Source of the DNA: Vicugna vicugna
Lineage: Eukaryota
Assembly (NCBI GenBank): GCA_013265495.1
Contig: MU058065.1
Span: forward strand, 6,448,302 to 6,512,301
Direction of reading: 5' to 3'
Length of the DNA: 64,000 bases
Positions within the stretch are counted from its first letter, which is position 1. Each line of letters opens with the position of its first letter. The position numbers were made by a program, and so were the translations under genes. Below are positions 1 to 13,800 of this stretch, piece after piece. The notes under the pieces are model-generated. The model made no database searches, was not told where the DNA came from, and was given only the letters and a program-made list of their open reading frames with translations.

Positions 1-19
1 CAGATCCCTACTCTGTGTA

Positions 20-470
20 AAGTACAAGGTGTACAAGGCCGACATCTGGTCTCCATCACCTTCCTGTCCTCATTTCCTACCATTCTCTCCCTTCTTCACT
101 TCTCCCGCCCACATGGCCTCCTCATAGCTCCTCAAACACTCCAGGCATAGTTCCATCTCAGGGCCTTTGAAGATCATTCTACCTGCGTAGCCTTTTCCTT
201 CAGAGAGCTGCACTGCTTTGTTTAAATATCACCTTCTCGGTGAGGCCTACCCTGGCTATCCAACTCAGCACTCCTTATCCCCTTTCGCTGCTTTTATTTC
301 TCCAGAGCTTTTATCACCTTGCTACATACTATATAATTCACTCATTTTAATAAGTTCACTGTCTCCCCAACCAGATTGTAAACTCTGTGACAAACAGGCA
401 GCTCCAGTGCCTAGAACAGTATTTGGCATATAGAAAGGACTCAATAAATGTATGTTGAACTGAATTGAAA
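20..470 (+). mobile_element. L2 LINE 3' end
   Basis: CTCAGGGCCTTTG, AGATTGTAAACTC and CAGTGCCTAGAACAGT...GGCATATAG...CTCAATAAATGTATGTTGAA terminal motifs. Confidence 0.75.
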
Positions 471-1143
471 TAATCTAGATAGGAGGTAATTGTTGCCTCT
501 AGAAAAAGTTATTTTTGCCAAAATACAAACACAGACAGTAGGCAATGAAGACGAGTATTAAAAATATTTCCTATAAAAATAAGGACACTTTACTCATCTA
601 AAACAATTGGAATATAAGGAAGGATAAAGTAGTCTCCCTATGTTTTGGATGGAGAAATTAGCTTGTCACAAGCCATCCAATGAGTGAAGGTTTAAGCTTT
701 CCAGTATGGATTAGGATTCTAACTAATGGGCCTGCCAAACACCCCTTCTGGTAAACTGCACAATCTCCATAAACAGCCGTTCTTCTAAAGCAGCTGGGCT
801 TCCCTATACATTGAAACTCCACCAATTAAAACTAGTCACTAAGCCTGAGATCACAAAGCAATCCAATTTACCCTTCTGTTTAATCTTATTCTTTCCCATT
901 TCAGCTCCACTGGCCTTGGCTTGGAAGTAGGAGACCACATGTAGCTCATCTGGGAGGCAGGATGCTTGAAGGCAGGAAAAGATAAAACCAGCTCTCAAAC
1001 CAGGATCTTGTTTGAACAGGACACCAGTTCTCTCAGCACACAAAGCAGCTATAAGAAGAGCTGAACCTCCCAACCCTTTACCTAGGCAGCTCCAAGTAGG
1101 GTAAGGCATACCTCTTATTACAAGAATTTACAAACAGAACTAC

Positions 1144-1320
1144 CAAAAAGAAAAGAAGGGAGAGAGGGAGAGAGGGAGAGAGAGAGACAGGGGAGAGAAA
1201 TAGAGGGAGACAGAGAAAGAAAAAGAAAAAGAAAAAAAGAAAAACAAAGAATGAAACAAAGAAACAAAGAAAAGGAGAGGGAGGGAGGGAAGGAATGAAG
1301 GAAAGAAAGAAAGAAAAAGG
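1144..1320. repeat. GA-rich polypurine low-complexity tract
   Basis: About 175 bp, almost entirely A/G, with (GA)n, (GAAA)n and (GGGA)n runs. Confidence 0.9.
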
Positions 1321-1863
1321 TACACTCCCCACCCCACCCCCATGGCCCCATGGATGGGAATGTGGGCTACAGGCTGGGGAGTCCTCCACAACAGGGGCTG
1401 ATAGCATCTATCTCCACAGCCTAGAGCTGAGGCAGGCTCTGTCTTCATCACTGTCTTGGGGTCAGTGCATCTAAAGCAAGAACCTGCTGGGAAGATTACA
1501 GGAGCTCTAGAAAGGAAGAGATCTCTCAGGTAGAAGGTGTCTCCCTAAGGTCTGGGAGCCATGTTCCTGGTGTTAAAGGCACATTATTGGAGAAAAGACC
1601 CCTGGATGTAGAGAAGGAAGGAATCTCCTCTGGCACCAACAACAATGAAGTTTACTGGTTGAAATCATCCTGAATCTGGAGGAAAGAAGGAGCTTTATAC
1701 ATAAATCTCTTCTATGTTCTCCTTCTCAAATCAGTTGATTGGCATCTTATCTCTCTCAGTCTCTTTAGCTCTAGGTTGAGTTGGTGGCTTGTAGAGTAGA
1801 AAAAGGAAGAGTTGGCGACAGCAAGGCAATGAAGGTTGGAGGCTGGACCCCGGGAATCTGGGA

Positions 1864-4800
1864 TCACGTGCTGTGGGTTGGCCTCAGGAGGTGAATGAGT
1901 TTCCTGCAGTGTTTGGTGGAGGCAGGCCTGGGACTGTTATGTGGCAGTAACTGATTCCCCAGAGAGAACAAGGCTAATTTCTCACTGGCACCCAGGGACA
2001 CCAGCACCTGTGGGAAAGAGAGAGAGATGACAGAACATGACATGCAGAGGACTCTGATTTGGCCGAGCAGTGCCCACTTCAGAAAAGGACGAAAAAGAAA
2101 ATGGGCCCTTAGGGACTCAAAATAGGTTGTGTGAGAGACTTTGGAGACAGGACTCATCAGGACCAGAGTCTACTTCCATTCTCTTTGGTTACAGACCATG
2201 AAACCAAGGCACCAAGGGACCCATGTACTTGTCCCCAGGAAGAGGCAATGAACATAGCAGTGATTGTAAGCCAAAATGTCAGATTCCCAGCCATGGATCC
2301 AGACTAGTGAGTCTTAAGCTCATTACCACCAAGAATCCCTTTTATTGTTTCCCACATAGATTGTCAGAAAACTCTATAACATGTGTCACCATTCTGTCAA
2401 AATTTCTCTTCTGCATGAATCACCCAATGCTACCACACTGAACTATTATGATTTGGAGGTTTAACATTGGTAGATGTATGATTTCCATTGGGCAATTTAT
2501 ATACTGAAAATTGACCAAAATAAGCAGTGGTTAAGAATATGGGCTCTGGACTCAGACTTGAGTTTAAAAGTCCAATCCTACATACTAGCTTTGTAACTTG
2601 GACAAGTTATTAAGTTCTTAGTGCCTCAGTTTCATAGTCTGCGAAATGAGGGGCATAACTTAAACCACATAATAAGGCTAAAATGCTCAGCATATGCTTT
2701 CCACATGACAGGTGCTATAAAAAAGATCGTTAACACCTTCATGGCCCTCAGAACGAAACCATTCTCTATCTCAACATCTCCCAGTCTTCCCTCAACTCCC
2801 TCCTGCATGGTCTCTAGAAAAGAGAAACCCTGGTCTTTGGGATCCCAGGCATTTTCTAGTCCAACAGAGCCCTCTTCTAGGTCCCTGCCCTTCCCCAGGT
2901 AGGAGTGGTAGATGGAAAACTCATGTCCAAGACACAGCCCCTGGGTTTCCTGCTCCCAGAGAGGGATACAACTTGGGTTTCTGGATGTCCCAATTTCTTA
3001 ATGACTAACTCAGAAAAATGCTGTGAAAACCAGCCCCACTGTGGTGATTCATAAGTCCCCTGCGGTGTACCTGATGGATGCAGGGCTCCTGTCGGAGGCT
3101 CCGGAGGGCAATGAGGGCGGCCTCCTTCACATTTGGCTGGGGGTCTCCACACGCCATCTCTAGGAGCCGCTGGGGTACTTGGCACTGTAACAGCTCCTCC
3201 CCCAATCCCTCAGGCCCCAAGTTGCCCAGAGCTGATGCAGCATTGCGCCGGATACCAGCCTGAGGATCTCCAAGCAGTTGGGTCATACGGGGTACCGCGG
3301 CTGCCAGGGCAGGTCCTAGGGGACCAGCTTGGTAGGCTGCATTACCCACAGCAAAGCTGGCACTGCGCCGCACAGCAGGGTCCTTGTCTCCAAGCCCCAG
3401 CAGCAGAAGGTTGAGCAGTCCAGCCTGACTCTGCAGGGCCCCACGCAGGGCTAAGCTGTGTTGGAGCAAGTGTCCCAGGAGTCCATAAGTACGGGCCCGC
3501 ACGGAATTCTCTGGGTGGCCCAGGAGGCTGCGCAGGGGCCTATAGGATTCATCAGAGCCAGCCAGGAGTTCTTGGATAAAGGACAAGTGGCTGGGAGACA
3601 GTACCCGGGCGGTGTGGGCCAGGAGGGAGAGAAGATCAGAGGTCAGCAGCGGCTGGTCCCCCAGGAGGGCAACTGAGAGGAATGAGATGGTGGTTCTAGG
3701 GGAGGCAGCCACTGTGTTCACAAACTGCTTGAGAGAGGTGGGATCCGTGAGGGCCAGGTGTGTGAGAAGACTGACGGGCAGCTCGACTTGTGTCAATGAA
3801 AGATGGTGGCAGCAGACCTGGGAGAAGTGGGGTGGGGTGCAGGCAAAATAGTTCAGGGAGAGGGAGAATACACTGCAGCTAGATAATGAGGAGCCCCAAA
3901 TCTGGGAGAGAGGAAAGGCAAGCTCTGGTGAGAAATACCACAGAGTTGGAAGACCTGAGCTACAGCACTCCACGTGAGATATGATGTGGAGCCCAGGGGA
4001 ACAGGTCCTTCCCAAGTTCATGCTTTGCTCTGGAAAGACTTAAGTCTCTGCTTTCAGAGACCCATTCACTGCTTAATGCCAACAATTGCCAGAGAAGTGA
4101 CTCCTGGCTGAGGAGCTGAGTTGCCAGTGCCTAGACTAGGATGTCTGCCCCACTGAGCTCCACCGGAATCCAGGTAAGGGACTGATGGAGAGAGAAGGCA
4201 CCAGCCCTGCTCCAAGCACATGCCTCTGCTAGGGCCCAAATGTCTTCTCCACTCCAACTCTTAGATCTAGCCAGATGCTGCCCTCTTACAGGGCCCTAGG
4301 AGAGCCCTGGAGTTGTCTGGAAGTAAATTCGAGTACACAAGGTTGGCCATCCTCCTCTCCCATCTTCCTGCCTGGGTAGGTTCCCAAGTACCTGCAGCAG
4401 GTGGGCTGTGACTTCTGAGTCTGTGAGGTCAGCCAAGATACCTTCGAGGAGGTCAGCATCCACATCCAGGGCGAAGGGGAAGCAGAGGAGTTGGCAGACA
4501 GAGAGCACCACCACGGGGAGAAACTCAGACCCTTGAGGCCTAAGGAGGGGAGTATGAAAAGATGTACTCAGCCTGGCTCACCACCCTTTAGCATTCTTCC
4601 TCCACTCCTGTCAAATTCCCTAGTCCAGCTCTCCTTCCCCAACATCAGCAATCCCATTTCTTGCCTCATAGCTCAAGCTGACAGTTCTTTCTCTCCTGCC
4701 TCCCCCAACTTCTGCCCCAACTGGCAGGCTAAATTTTCTGGTCTCCCTCCTCTAGCTCCAACTCACGCCTGGCCCAGCTGATGCAGGAAGCTGGGCGACA

Positions 4801-7800
4801 GCAGATGCTTCAGGGTGGACATGAGGATACTTCCACGCTGAGACAGGTGGCTCAGGCATAACTGGGGCTCCTGGGTAAAGGTGGCCACGGCCAGGCTCAG
4901 CAGGGCTGCTGTGCCTGGAAACACCAAGAATGGGGACCCAGTGGAGCAGGCAAGAGGCCTAGTTGCCCCTGCTTCACCATGGCTCTTAGGGCCACCACCT
5001 GTTCAGTCCCTTCCCCATCCTTGAGCATCTCCAGCATAGACTCTGCCATCTTCTCCCCAGGCAGCAGCAGCAGCAGCAGCAGCAATCTCTGTGGGCTAAC
5101 CCAGTCCTAGGCTGTTTCCTCTTGAAGAGGGGTCAATACACTGGCCCCACAAAAGGGGCCATGCAGTTGGAAAGATACCTTGGGGTGAGATCAGTGTCCA
5201 GTCTGGCTCTAGGCTTTGTGGACTAGACAGTGACAGTTCCTCTTCCTGTGTAGACGCCTCTTCAGGGAGCCTCAGAGCCATGGAGAAGCGATGCCACAGA
5301 ACAGTCCACATTTCTGAGCCAGCCACATCTCTTATTGGATTATCCTTCCCCTGCTAGAGACAAAATTGAAAGAAGGTGAATGGGGAGGTTGAAGTCAGGA
5401 ATCAAAATGCCTTTTTTCATTCTTGTCCCTGACCCTGTGAGGAAGAGGAGTCCCAGAAATAATTCCTTCTGTTTCCCACTTAGGAGTTCCCTGTTGTCCT
5501 AGTTTCCTTTCTTATCACATCTTAACCCTCCGACGTCTCAACTCTTACGTATATCTACTGGAAACCAGTGAATTAGAGCTTTTAGTCCCACTGAATCCCA
5601 AGGGATGAAGCTGAATGGTTCCCTTTAAAGGGCCCATACTGAGGCCAGGTGGGCCCATTCTAAGGCCATCACAGGCAGGGTAGTTTGAGAGGACAGAGGG
5701 ATTGTGCTGCTTTACTTCCCATCCATTCTAGGATGCAACTGTACCTGGGTGAGGAGCTGAAGCAGCAGGATGAGGAGGCCATCGTAGAATCCACAGCCCC
5801 CTGGTGGAGTCAGCCGGACCTGTCGGAGAAGGGAAGGAAGAGGGCAGATCCCTGAGAGGGATGAGATGGCTGCGCAGGCCTGCACACCCAACTCCAAGTC
5901 AGGCATAGAGAGTTCTTCTTCAGCCTGGTGTAGTGGGGAGAGTTCTTTTGGACTTAGGAGTCTTGGTTCCTGCCTAATTTTTCAATGACTAACTCTGTCC
6001 TAAAGACACACAGTCTGGTAGGGTAGGCAGCCACAGAAACAATGATTGTGCAGGAAGAGACTTGCTAAACAAGAGGCTGTGAGGTAGGGGGGTGAGGAGA
6101 GGGAAGTAGACAAAGTTGAGTGTGCCTACCTCTGCCTCCTGGACTTAAGAGACTGATGGAATCAAAAGTTCGAAAGGCAGACAAGGAAGGGAGAATGTTC
6201 CAAGCTGAGGTCATAGCTTATATAAAGGCAGGTCATGAAAGATCACAGTGAATTTTGGAAATAGTAACTCGTTCGGTAGAGCAGGGTTAGAGAACCCAGA
6301 GGCAACAGATGAGCTTTGAATAGCCTGCTTAAAAAATGTGGACTTTATCCCGGAAACAGTGAGAAGCCAGTGAGGACTTACACAAGCCGCATGTGGGCAA
6401 GACTGCTCGTCTCTTTTCTCACTGCTATATTCTCAGAGCCTAGACTAGTGCCTGGTACTCAGTGTCTATTTATGTGCGAAGTAATTATTGGTTGAACAAG
6501 AGAGCAGGTTTTCCTTTAAGAAAGCTCACTCTGGCAGGAGTGAAGGAAACAGACTGGAGAGGAGAGAAGCTGGAGGAGAGATCCTTCGGGAGGTAAGTGT
6601 CCGAGTCTGAGAGAGAAGTGAGGCCTCCTCCCTCTTCAGAGGTTCTGCGCGTTAACAACAAATCTACAGCCCAGCAGTCTGGTCTCAGAGGGATCTATTA
6701 TCTGGAGGCAGAAGCCTAGAACAGGAGAGACTCCTTGATTCGCTCATTCTCACTCCTCAGTTCACTCTAGGCTTACTGGCATTTCAGTCTTTTCTCCCTA
6801 AATGCAGACCTTATTTGACTCAGAAAAAACACGGCTCTGCATTCCCTGGTGGATCTCACCTCTGCAGGGGCAGACAGGGCATGTGTGGCCGCAGCGATCC
6901 ACTCCACAGGCTGGAGGTCCACAGTTACTCCTTGCTGACCAAGCTGTCCCAACAGACAGGCTGCCGCACTCTGGGGAGAGTTAGACCAGGAGAAGGCATG
7001 TCTGAATCTGAATGGTACTCAGGATGGCAGAGAGGATTTATGTCTCTGTCTTGGTCCAGAAGAATGCCTCACAAACAGCTGCAAATGGGAAAATGACTCT
7101 CCTGCTCCCAGAAGGTGGGATGATGGGATGAGAGGGCGAGGAAGATGAAGGTTGAAAACTCACCACAAGCGAGACGACGGGCGAATGGGTAAAGACGGTA
7201 GCAACCTCGCTGCCTAGCTTCTCCATTCTGGAATAAGGAGATACATCAAGGGATACAGCAATGTGACAGGAGGCTGCTGAGTGGCATTCCCTCTCCTTTG
7301 GCTGGCACTCTCCACCTAGGCTGCGTGTCCACCTCCAGGGCACAAAGTTGGTGGGAATCTAGGTCTGTTCTTTGTAGAGATACCTTCACTCTCTCTGTCC
7401 CAATCCTTCCTAAGGACATGCTGAAGGGCGTCACTCCCCATATCCCATGTCAGGTTGAGCTATGTGGGTGGAATATTTCAGAGGAGAGACCCTACTTTAT
7501 GACTCACCCAGAAGGTAGATCTTGGAGCCGAAGGACAAGAAGGGAGAGGAGGTAGAGCGTCACTTCCGTAGACTCTTCCCAGTCCACTACCTTTGTCTAC
7601 AAAGGAAACACAAGATACCAGAGCAACCTCTGACTGAGATGGAGAGGCCACCATGAGATGCCCACCTGTGTTGCTGGCCTACCTTGCCCTGCACCAACTT
7701 CAACAGTGACTCCAAGGCCAGGGGCTCTTGCCCTAGAAGACGGCACAGGCACTCACTGACGTGGCAGCAGGAGTACAGAACCTAAGGGGCATGGAAAAGA

Positions 7801-10800
7801 GTGTTGTCAGTGAGGCAGAGCTGCCCCTGGGCTCCTAGATTGGAAGTCTCAGCTGAAAGCAGGCTAGCCTTTCAACAGATTCAATAGTGTCAACCGGGGC
7901 TGTTAGAGAAATTCAGGTCACTTCTGCCTCTTGCTAGAAGATTGTGAGATGTAGCTACTTCTCAGTTCTGGTGAGGACTGGCTAACCATCTCAGCTGAAC
8001 AGATTTAAAAGCAGAAAGGGGTCCTCCAAGGGGGTCTCTCATCTCTCTCAGTGTTTCTCTCAGTGTCTCTTTCTCTCTCATTCCTGAGGGTTAAAAAGAA
8101 ATCTGAAGAGCCAAGAGTTATGGGCAGGCAATACCTTGAGAAGGGGTAGGCACAGGATGGGATGCTTCAGGCCAGAGACAAGGGATGACCTCAGCGGACT
8201 GCTGTCTTCGGTGAGTTGATTTGCCAAATGCTGAGAGATCTATAGAGACATTCCTGAAGACTCAATCGCTTGCCCATGATTCCAATCCTGTCCCTCATAT
8301 ACCTCCAACTAACCAGGACTCTCAGTCCCCTGCTAGCCATTCTTCCCCAGGTTCACCAGGAACCTCAGACCCCATTCTATTCCAAGTCTTCATGGCCAAC
8401 AGAGAACCAGACGTCAAGGCCTAGTTAAGTCCCACTGTAAGTAGGTACAGAGGAGAGTGTTGCCAGCCAAAAGGGAGATAGGAAAACTGAATCCTGAGCC
8501 TCTGACAAAGCACCACTGGTGGCTTCAGATCAGCTATCCCACCACATGGGCAGTTTGTCACTGAGCTCTCTAATCAGCTGGCCAAGGGCTCTGGGATTTT
8601 GGGTTACACCATGTTCTACAAGTGACCCAAACCCAGTAGGAGCATCTGTTTCTGGAAGTACTGAGTAAAGAGAGGCATAAAAGCTTGTCTTTCTGCCTTT
8701 CTGAGAAGTTGGGGCCTGCCACCCCAACAGGGATGACAACAGGCAACAGGGATGACAGGCAACAAAAACTGTAGCTCAGACCTGCTCCTTGGCTTCCCAA
8801 CAGCCAGGCAGCCCCACAGGAGCAGTGCATATGGCTGCCAGCGCCAAGGAAATGGCTCCAGGCAGATCCTCACTCTGCTCCCGCAGTGGCTGACTCACTT
8901 GGGGGGCTCCTGTGGAGAAAGGCAAAGAATGCAGGGAGAGGTCTGGTGGTTTCTCGCAGATTCTCCATTCATTCTCTCAGTTCACAGTTATTTATTTAAC
9001 ACTCATGAAACATCAGGCACTACTCTAGGCAATGGCAGGAGAAAGAGCAGAGCCGGATCTAATCGACAAGTAAGTCAAAGAGAACCTTGCCTCCCAGCTC
9101 TGGTTACCTGGCGGGGTGTGGAACAGGAGCTGTGGAACTGTCAAGCCATGAAGGAGTCCGTCCAGCACAGCCCGCTGCGTCATCAGGAGGCTAGAGTAGA
9201 AGGCTTTGGAGATGGCCTGGCTGTTCCCATCCATGGCTTCACACAGAACAGTAAAGCACTAAGGAAGACAAAGACAAAGTGATAAAGGCAGGGTTAACAT
9301 TAGTCAGAAAACTGACTGGGCTTAGGGTAAGGAGCAAGAGTTCCCAGAGAATGTGAGAAAAGAGGGACCACCTGGTGAATTCTAACTATTCCTTGCACAG
9401 AAAATGCATTATAACTGCCTTCATGCTTCAAGGACAGGAATTTTAGGTGTCAGTCCTTCTATTCTGATCAGCTGCTCCCCAGATGATGTTTCTCAAAGTG
9501 TGATCTGTAGACCCTGAGTTCAAGAATTCCTGGAGATTTATGGGTTCTTCCCAACCCAGTCCTACTGATTCAGAATTTCAAGAGGTAGAATATTTATTCC
9601 AAACTCCCCATGCTACACTACACAATGACATAGGAGAAGTGCTGACCAATAATGTGAATCACTGCTGGCCAGAATTTAGGTTAGACAATAAAAGCTTCCT
9701 GACCAGAAAGAGTGAAGGATGTCAAAATGGGCTCTCAGACTAGAAGAGATTGAATGGACCGAGAGCTAGAGGCAGGACTGTAGCCCAGCTCTGTGTTCCC
9801 AATTGCCAGTTTGAATAATGACAAATTGTTTGCTTCCTTGCACATGTTCCAATCTGTCTCCTCTGAGATACATCAGAGAACTCAGCTGTTTTCTCATCCA
9901 GTCCTCCCTTCCCATCCCTCACCTCCAGAGTCCAGGGGAGAGAACTCACATAGGTTACTTGCCTGTAGGACAAACAAGGTTGGGAAATACTAGCTGATCT
10001 CTAAGTCTCTTCAGGAAGAAATATTTCTATTTGTGGTTCCCTAAAATAGGCCACACAGCTTGATGCCTCTGGGACTTAATATATGTTGCTCTTTTTGCCT
10101 GGAATGTACTCCCAACTTTCCTGCCTCAACCACCTGGCAAACTTCTATGCATTCTTCAAATCCTAGCAGAGATGATTTCCTTCTCCCAGACTCCTCTACA
10201 ACCCTCCAAGAAGCATTAGTCTTCTTCAGTGGTGCTTCTATATTTTATACAAAGTTCTAATGTAGTTTTAACACTGTTGTCCTTGATCACATTTCTCCTC
10301 TTAAACTAGCCCTGGTCCCTTGAAAATAGGGACTCTCTCTTACTTAAATGGCTTTTGGCACATAGCTGGCATTCAACAAACATTGGTTGTATGACCTTGA
10401 CCTAATCTTTTCTGATAGTCATCAGAAAGAGAATGAGAGAAATACAGGAAAGACAGAGAAATCTGGAAGGGGACACAGATTACCACAAGGCTGTCCCTCC
10501 GCAGAGTCTGCTCGGAGTCATCTGGCTGGGTTAGTAGTTTCCCCAACATGTCCAGAAAGAGGTTGGCGGCCTCCTGAAATACCTGTAGGCTGGGAAAAAA
10601 ATGAGTCCGTGGTTTCTTCTCATCTCTCTACTAAAAGCCCACATGTGGTAAAAGGGTCAGTTCAGGGCAGGTAGGAGAATCTCTGCAAGGGAACAGATCA
10701 GAATGCTCTCTCCCTTTTCCCCTTCAAACGCACACACAGTCTCACATACACACCTCCAAGCCTCCTCTTCGTCATTTTCTCTAGCTTATTCACGCCTTAA

Positions 10801-13800
10801 CCCTTCCATTTAGTGTATGGTGACTGCTAACCCTTAGAACCTGAAATTGTTTGAGTAAACTTGGAGGTGTCTTGGAGGACTAAGAGGACTAGCTGGACTT
10901 TGAGAGGTCCCTCAGCTGATCCCTAAACCTTTCATAAATTATAGCTTCTCCTAACTTAGCCTCTTCCTGATGTGAAGGGGAAGAAACAGGGATAAAATTT
11001 GAAGCCAAACTGTCCAACAGAGCAAAACTGCCTCTCATCCCACCTGTCACCTGTCTGGCTCCTCTCCAGATTGAAGGTGCAGGCAAAGTAGGCCTGAATC
11101 ACAGCCATCAGGTCCCGTAAGAAGGTCCCATACCAATATTGCTGCCAGGGAAGAGGACAGAGAATAAGGGCAATGTAGGGGATGGAAACAAAGATAAAGT
11201 AAAAACAGTGTCAGATATCCAATCAGACTGACCAAACAGAAAGGGACAGAAGGAAGGGAGCATTTGGACAGAGAGAAAGGAGATCTAGAGGTAACAAAGT
11301 GGCAGCCAATGGGCTGTAAATAGCCTGAACATGTACCTTGTTTGTCCTGAACAGCATGTTGGAGTTTAGGAGGTTCTATTTTTCAAAATAGCTCAAATTC
11401 TTTTCTAAATTCCTTTAAAACATTCAAGATTAACACTCATCAGCAGAGTGCAGCTTCCAGCTGCCTGAGCCTAGACCCTGTTAAACCTTTCTGTATTCCG
11501 CCTCTCAGCTCAGCTGCGGCAGGACTCAGCATGGGGATGCGCACACTGAGTCTCAACCCAAGCTATTCTGCTTATCATCTCCGTGGCTGCTGGCAAGGTA
11601 CTGCCTGTGTGAGTCAGTTAACCTCTGGATTTCAATACCCTGCTCTAGAAAACCAGGTCAATAAAGCCTAGGATTTTACATTTCAAAACACAGTGCTGTA
11701 AATATTGGGAAACTGCACATAAAAATCTGGATTTGTAGCTTCTCTTAGAAAACTGGAGGATCTGGCAACACTGGGCCTGTATTCCCACTTAGCAACAGTG
11801 AGCTGGTGCTGAGCGAAGGATGCCCTGTTCCGACAGGGCATGAGAGCTCCAGTTTCTCACCTTCCCACTACTCACATAGTCATGTATAGACTACTTCACT
11901 GATTGACATTATCTACCTGGTCTTGAAAGGGATGAGGATTTACAATTCATAATCTGCTAACTAGAGAGGAAGAAAACAAAATAAAAGGCACTTGGGCCAA
12001 GTACAGATGGAGTTTTAGAGACAAGAAATCCGAAGAGAAGAAATTCCAGTAAGTTTTTAGAGGCTCCTGGTGAAGTGCTTACCTGCTGGAGACTGTTGCT
12101 CTCCTGGCTGTGTCTGAGCAGGCTGAGCAGCAGTCCAGGGAGCCCTGCCTCACGGCAGAAGGAATACAAGGGAACAGAGTCACTGCAGCTGGACAGAAGA
12201 CTGCTCAGGACCCGGAGCGCAGGAAGGATGCGGGAAGCACCCTCTAGTACGCCTTTCAGGATCTGGGTAACCCGAGAGAAAGAGACAGGAATCAATATTA
12301 TGAGAGATAGAAGGAGAGTTACAGATTACCATGTATTCCCAAGGAGATGAAATATCCTCAGTTCTTACTTTGGGAATCTAAAACCCAGAGATGGAGAACA
12401 GAGATAGAGGGGGAATGTACCAGGGAAGGGGAACGTAGATGGCCAGTCACCTGACTTAGAGTCCTCCTCCCAAGGGGCAGGGGACCTCTCTTTAGGATCT
12501 CAGTCAGACCCAGTGACATTCCCAACTGCTCCCTCCCTTCTCCAGCCCTTCACCTTAAAAAAGAAAGAAAACACAAACCCACTGCTGAAAATTAAAAACA
12601 ATGGACACAAAACAAAGTTGTTCAACTCCAGATAGACAAAACAATAGTATTCAACTTGAGATCTAGGGTTGACAAATCATGACCCACAGGCCAAGTACAA
12701 TATACCACTTATTTCTATACAGCCTGCAAGCTAAGGACAGCATTATATTTTTAAATGGTTATTATCTTTAAAAAGAAGAAAAATATTTACATTGAGTGCT
12801 TTACAATATGCCATTCACTGTTCTAAACCTTTTCACTTATTTATTCACTGAATCTTTACAACAACCCTATGGAGTAAATACCATTACCCATTTTATAGAT
12901 GAGGAGACTGAAGCTTCTAGATTGGGCAAGTAAGTAGTTAATAATCATACAGGGTAGCTCAGCTGGAATTCCAACTCAGGAAGTCTTATTCTGGAGGCAG
13001 AGTTGTTAACCTCCTTCCCCACTGAAAAGTTATCCAACACAAGGAGGACATGTAAGGGCCAAAAGAGAGGTACGGAGTGCCAAGGCAATTCAATGGGGAA
13101 AGGAGAGTCTTTTCAACAAATGGTGCTGAGGTGATTCTATATCCACATGCAAAAAGATGAACTTAAATCCCTATCTCACTTAATATCCTTAAGGGATACA
13201 TACAAAATACATCCCTTTTGTACATAAACAAAAGTTAGCTCAAAGTGGGTCACGACCTAAATGTCAAGAGGTAAAAGTCTAGAAAACTTTTAGAAAAAAA
13301 TAGGAGAAAATCTTCAAGGCTTTGGATTTAGAAAAGATTTCTTAGATACAACACCAAAAGCATAATCTACAAAGGAAAAAAATGGTAACTGGACTTCAAA
13401 ATTCAAAACCTTTGTGTTTCAAAAGACACTCTTATGAGAATAAAATGACAGATTACATAGACTTGAGAAAATATTTGCAAATCACATATTGATAAAGGTC
13501 TTCTATCCAGAGTACTCAGATAACTCTTACAATTCCAATTTTAAAATGAGTGAAAGAAATGGCCAATAAGCACATGAAAAAATGCTCAATATTAGTCATT
13601 AACAAAATGCAAAGTAAAATAGCAATGAGATACTATTTCACACTCACTAGAATGACTATACTTAAAACAATGGACAATAATACATGTCGGCAAGGACATG
13701 GAGAAATGAGGAGCTTCACACACTGCTGGTGAGAATGTAGAATGATGCAGCCACTCTGGAAAAGGGTTCAGCAGTTTCTTAAAATCTTAAACATAAATTT

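Noticed and set aside
1078..1451. Three overlapping Phe/Leu/Ser-rich ORFs resembling membrane proteins
   Set aside because: Artefact of the stop-free CT-rich low-complexity tract.
8726..8764. Short tandem duplication (AACAGGGATGAC…AGGC)x2 near an STK36 donor
   Set aside because: Only two units with no spacer structure; ordinary slippage.
13550..13732. 60-aa ORF
   Set aside because: Remnant of the L1 ORF2 C-terminus within a decayed element.
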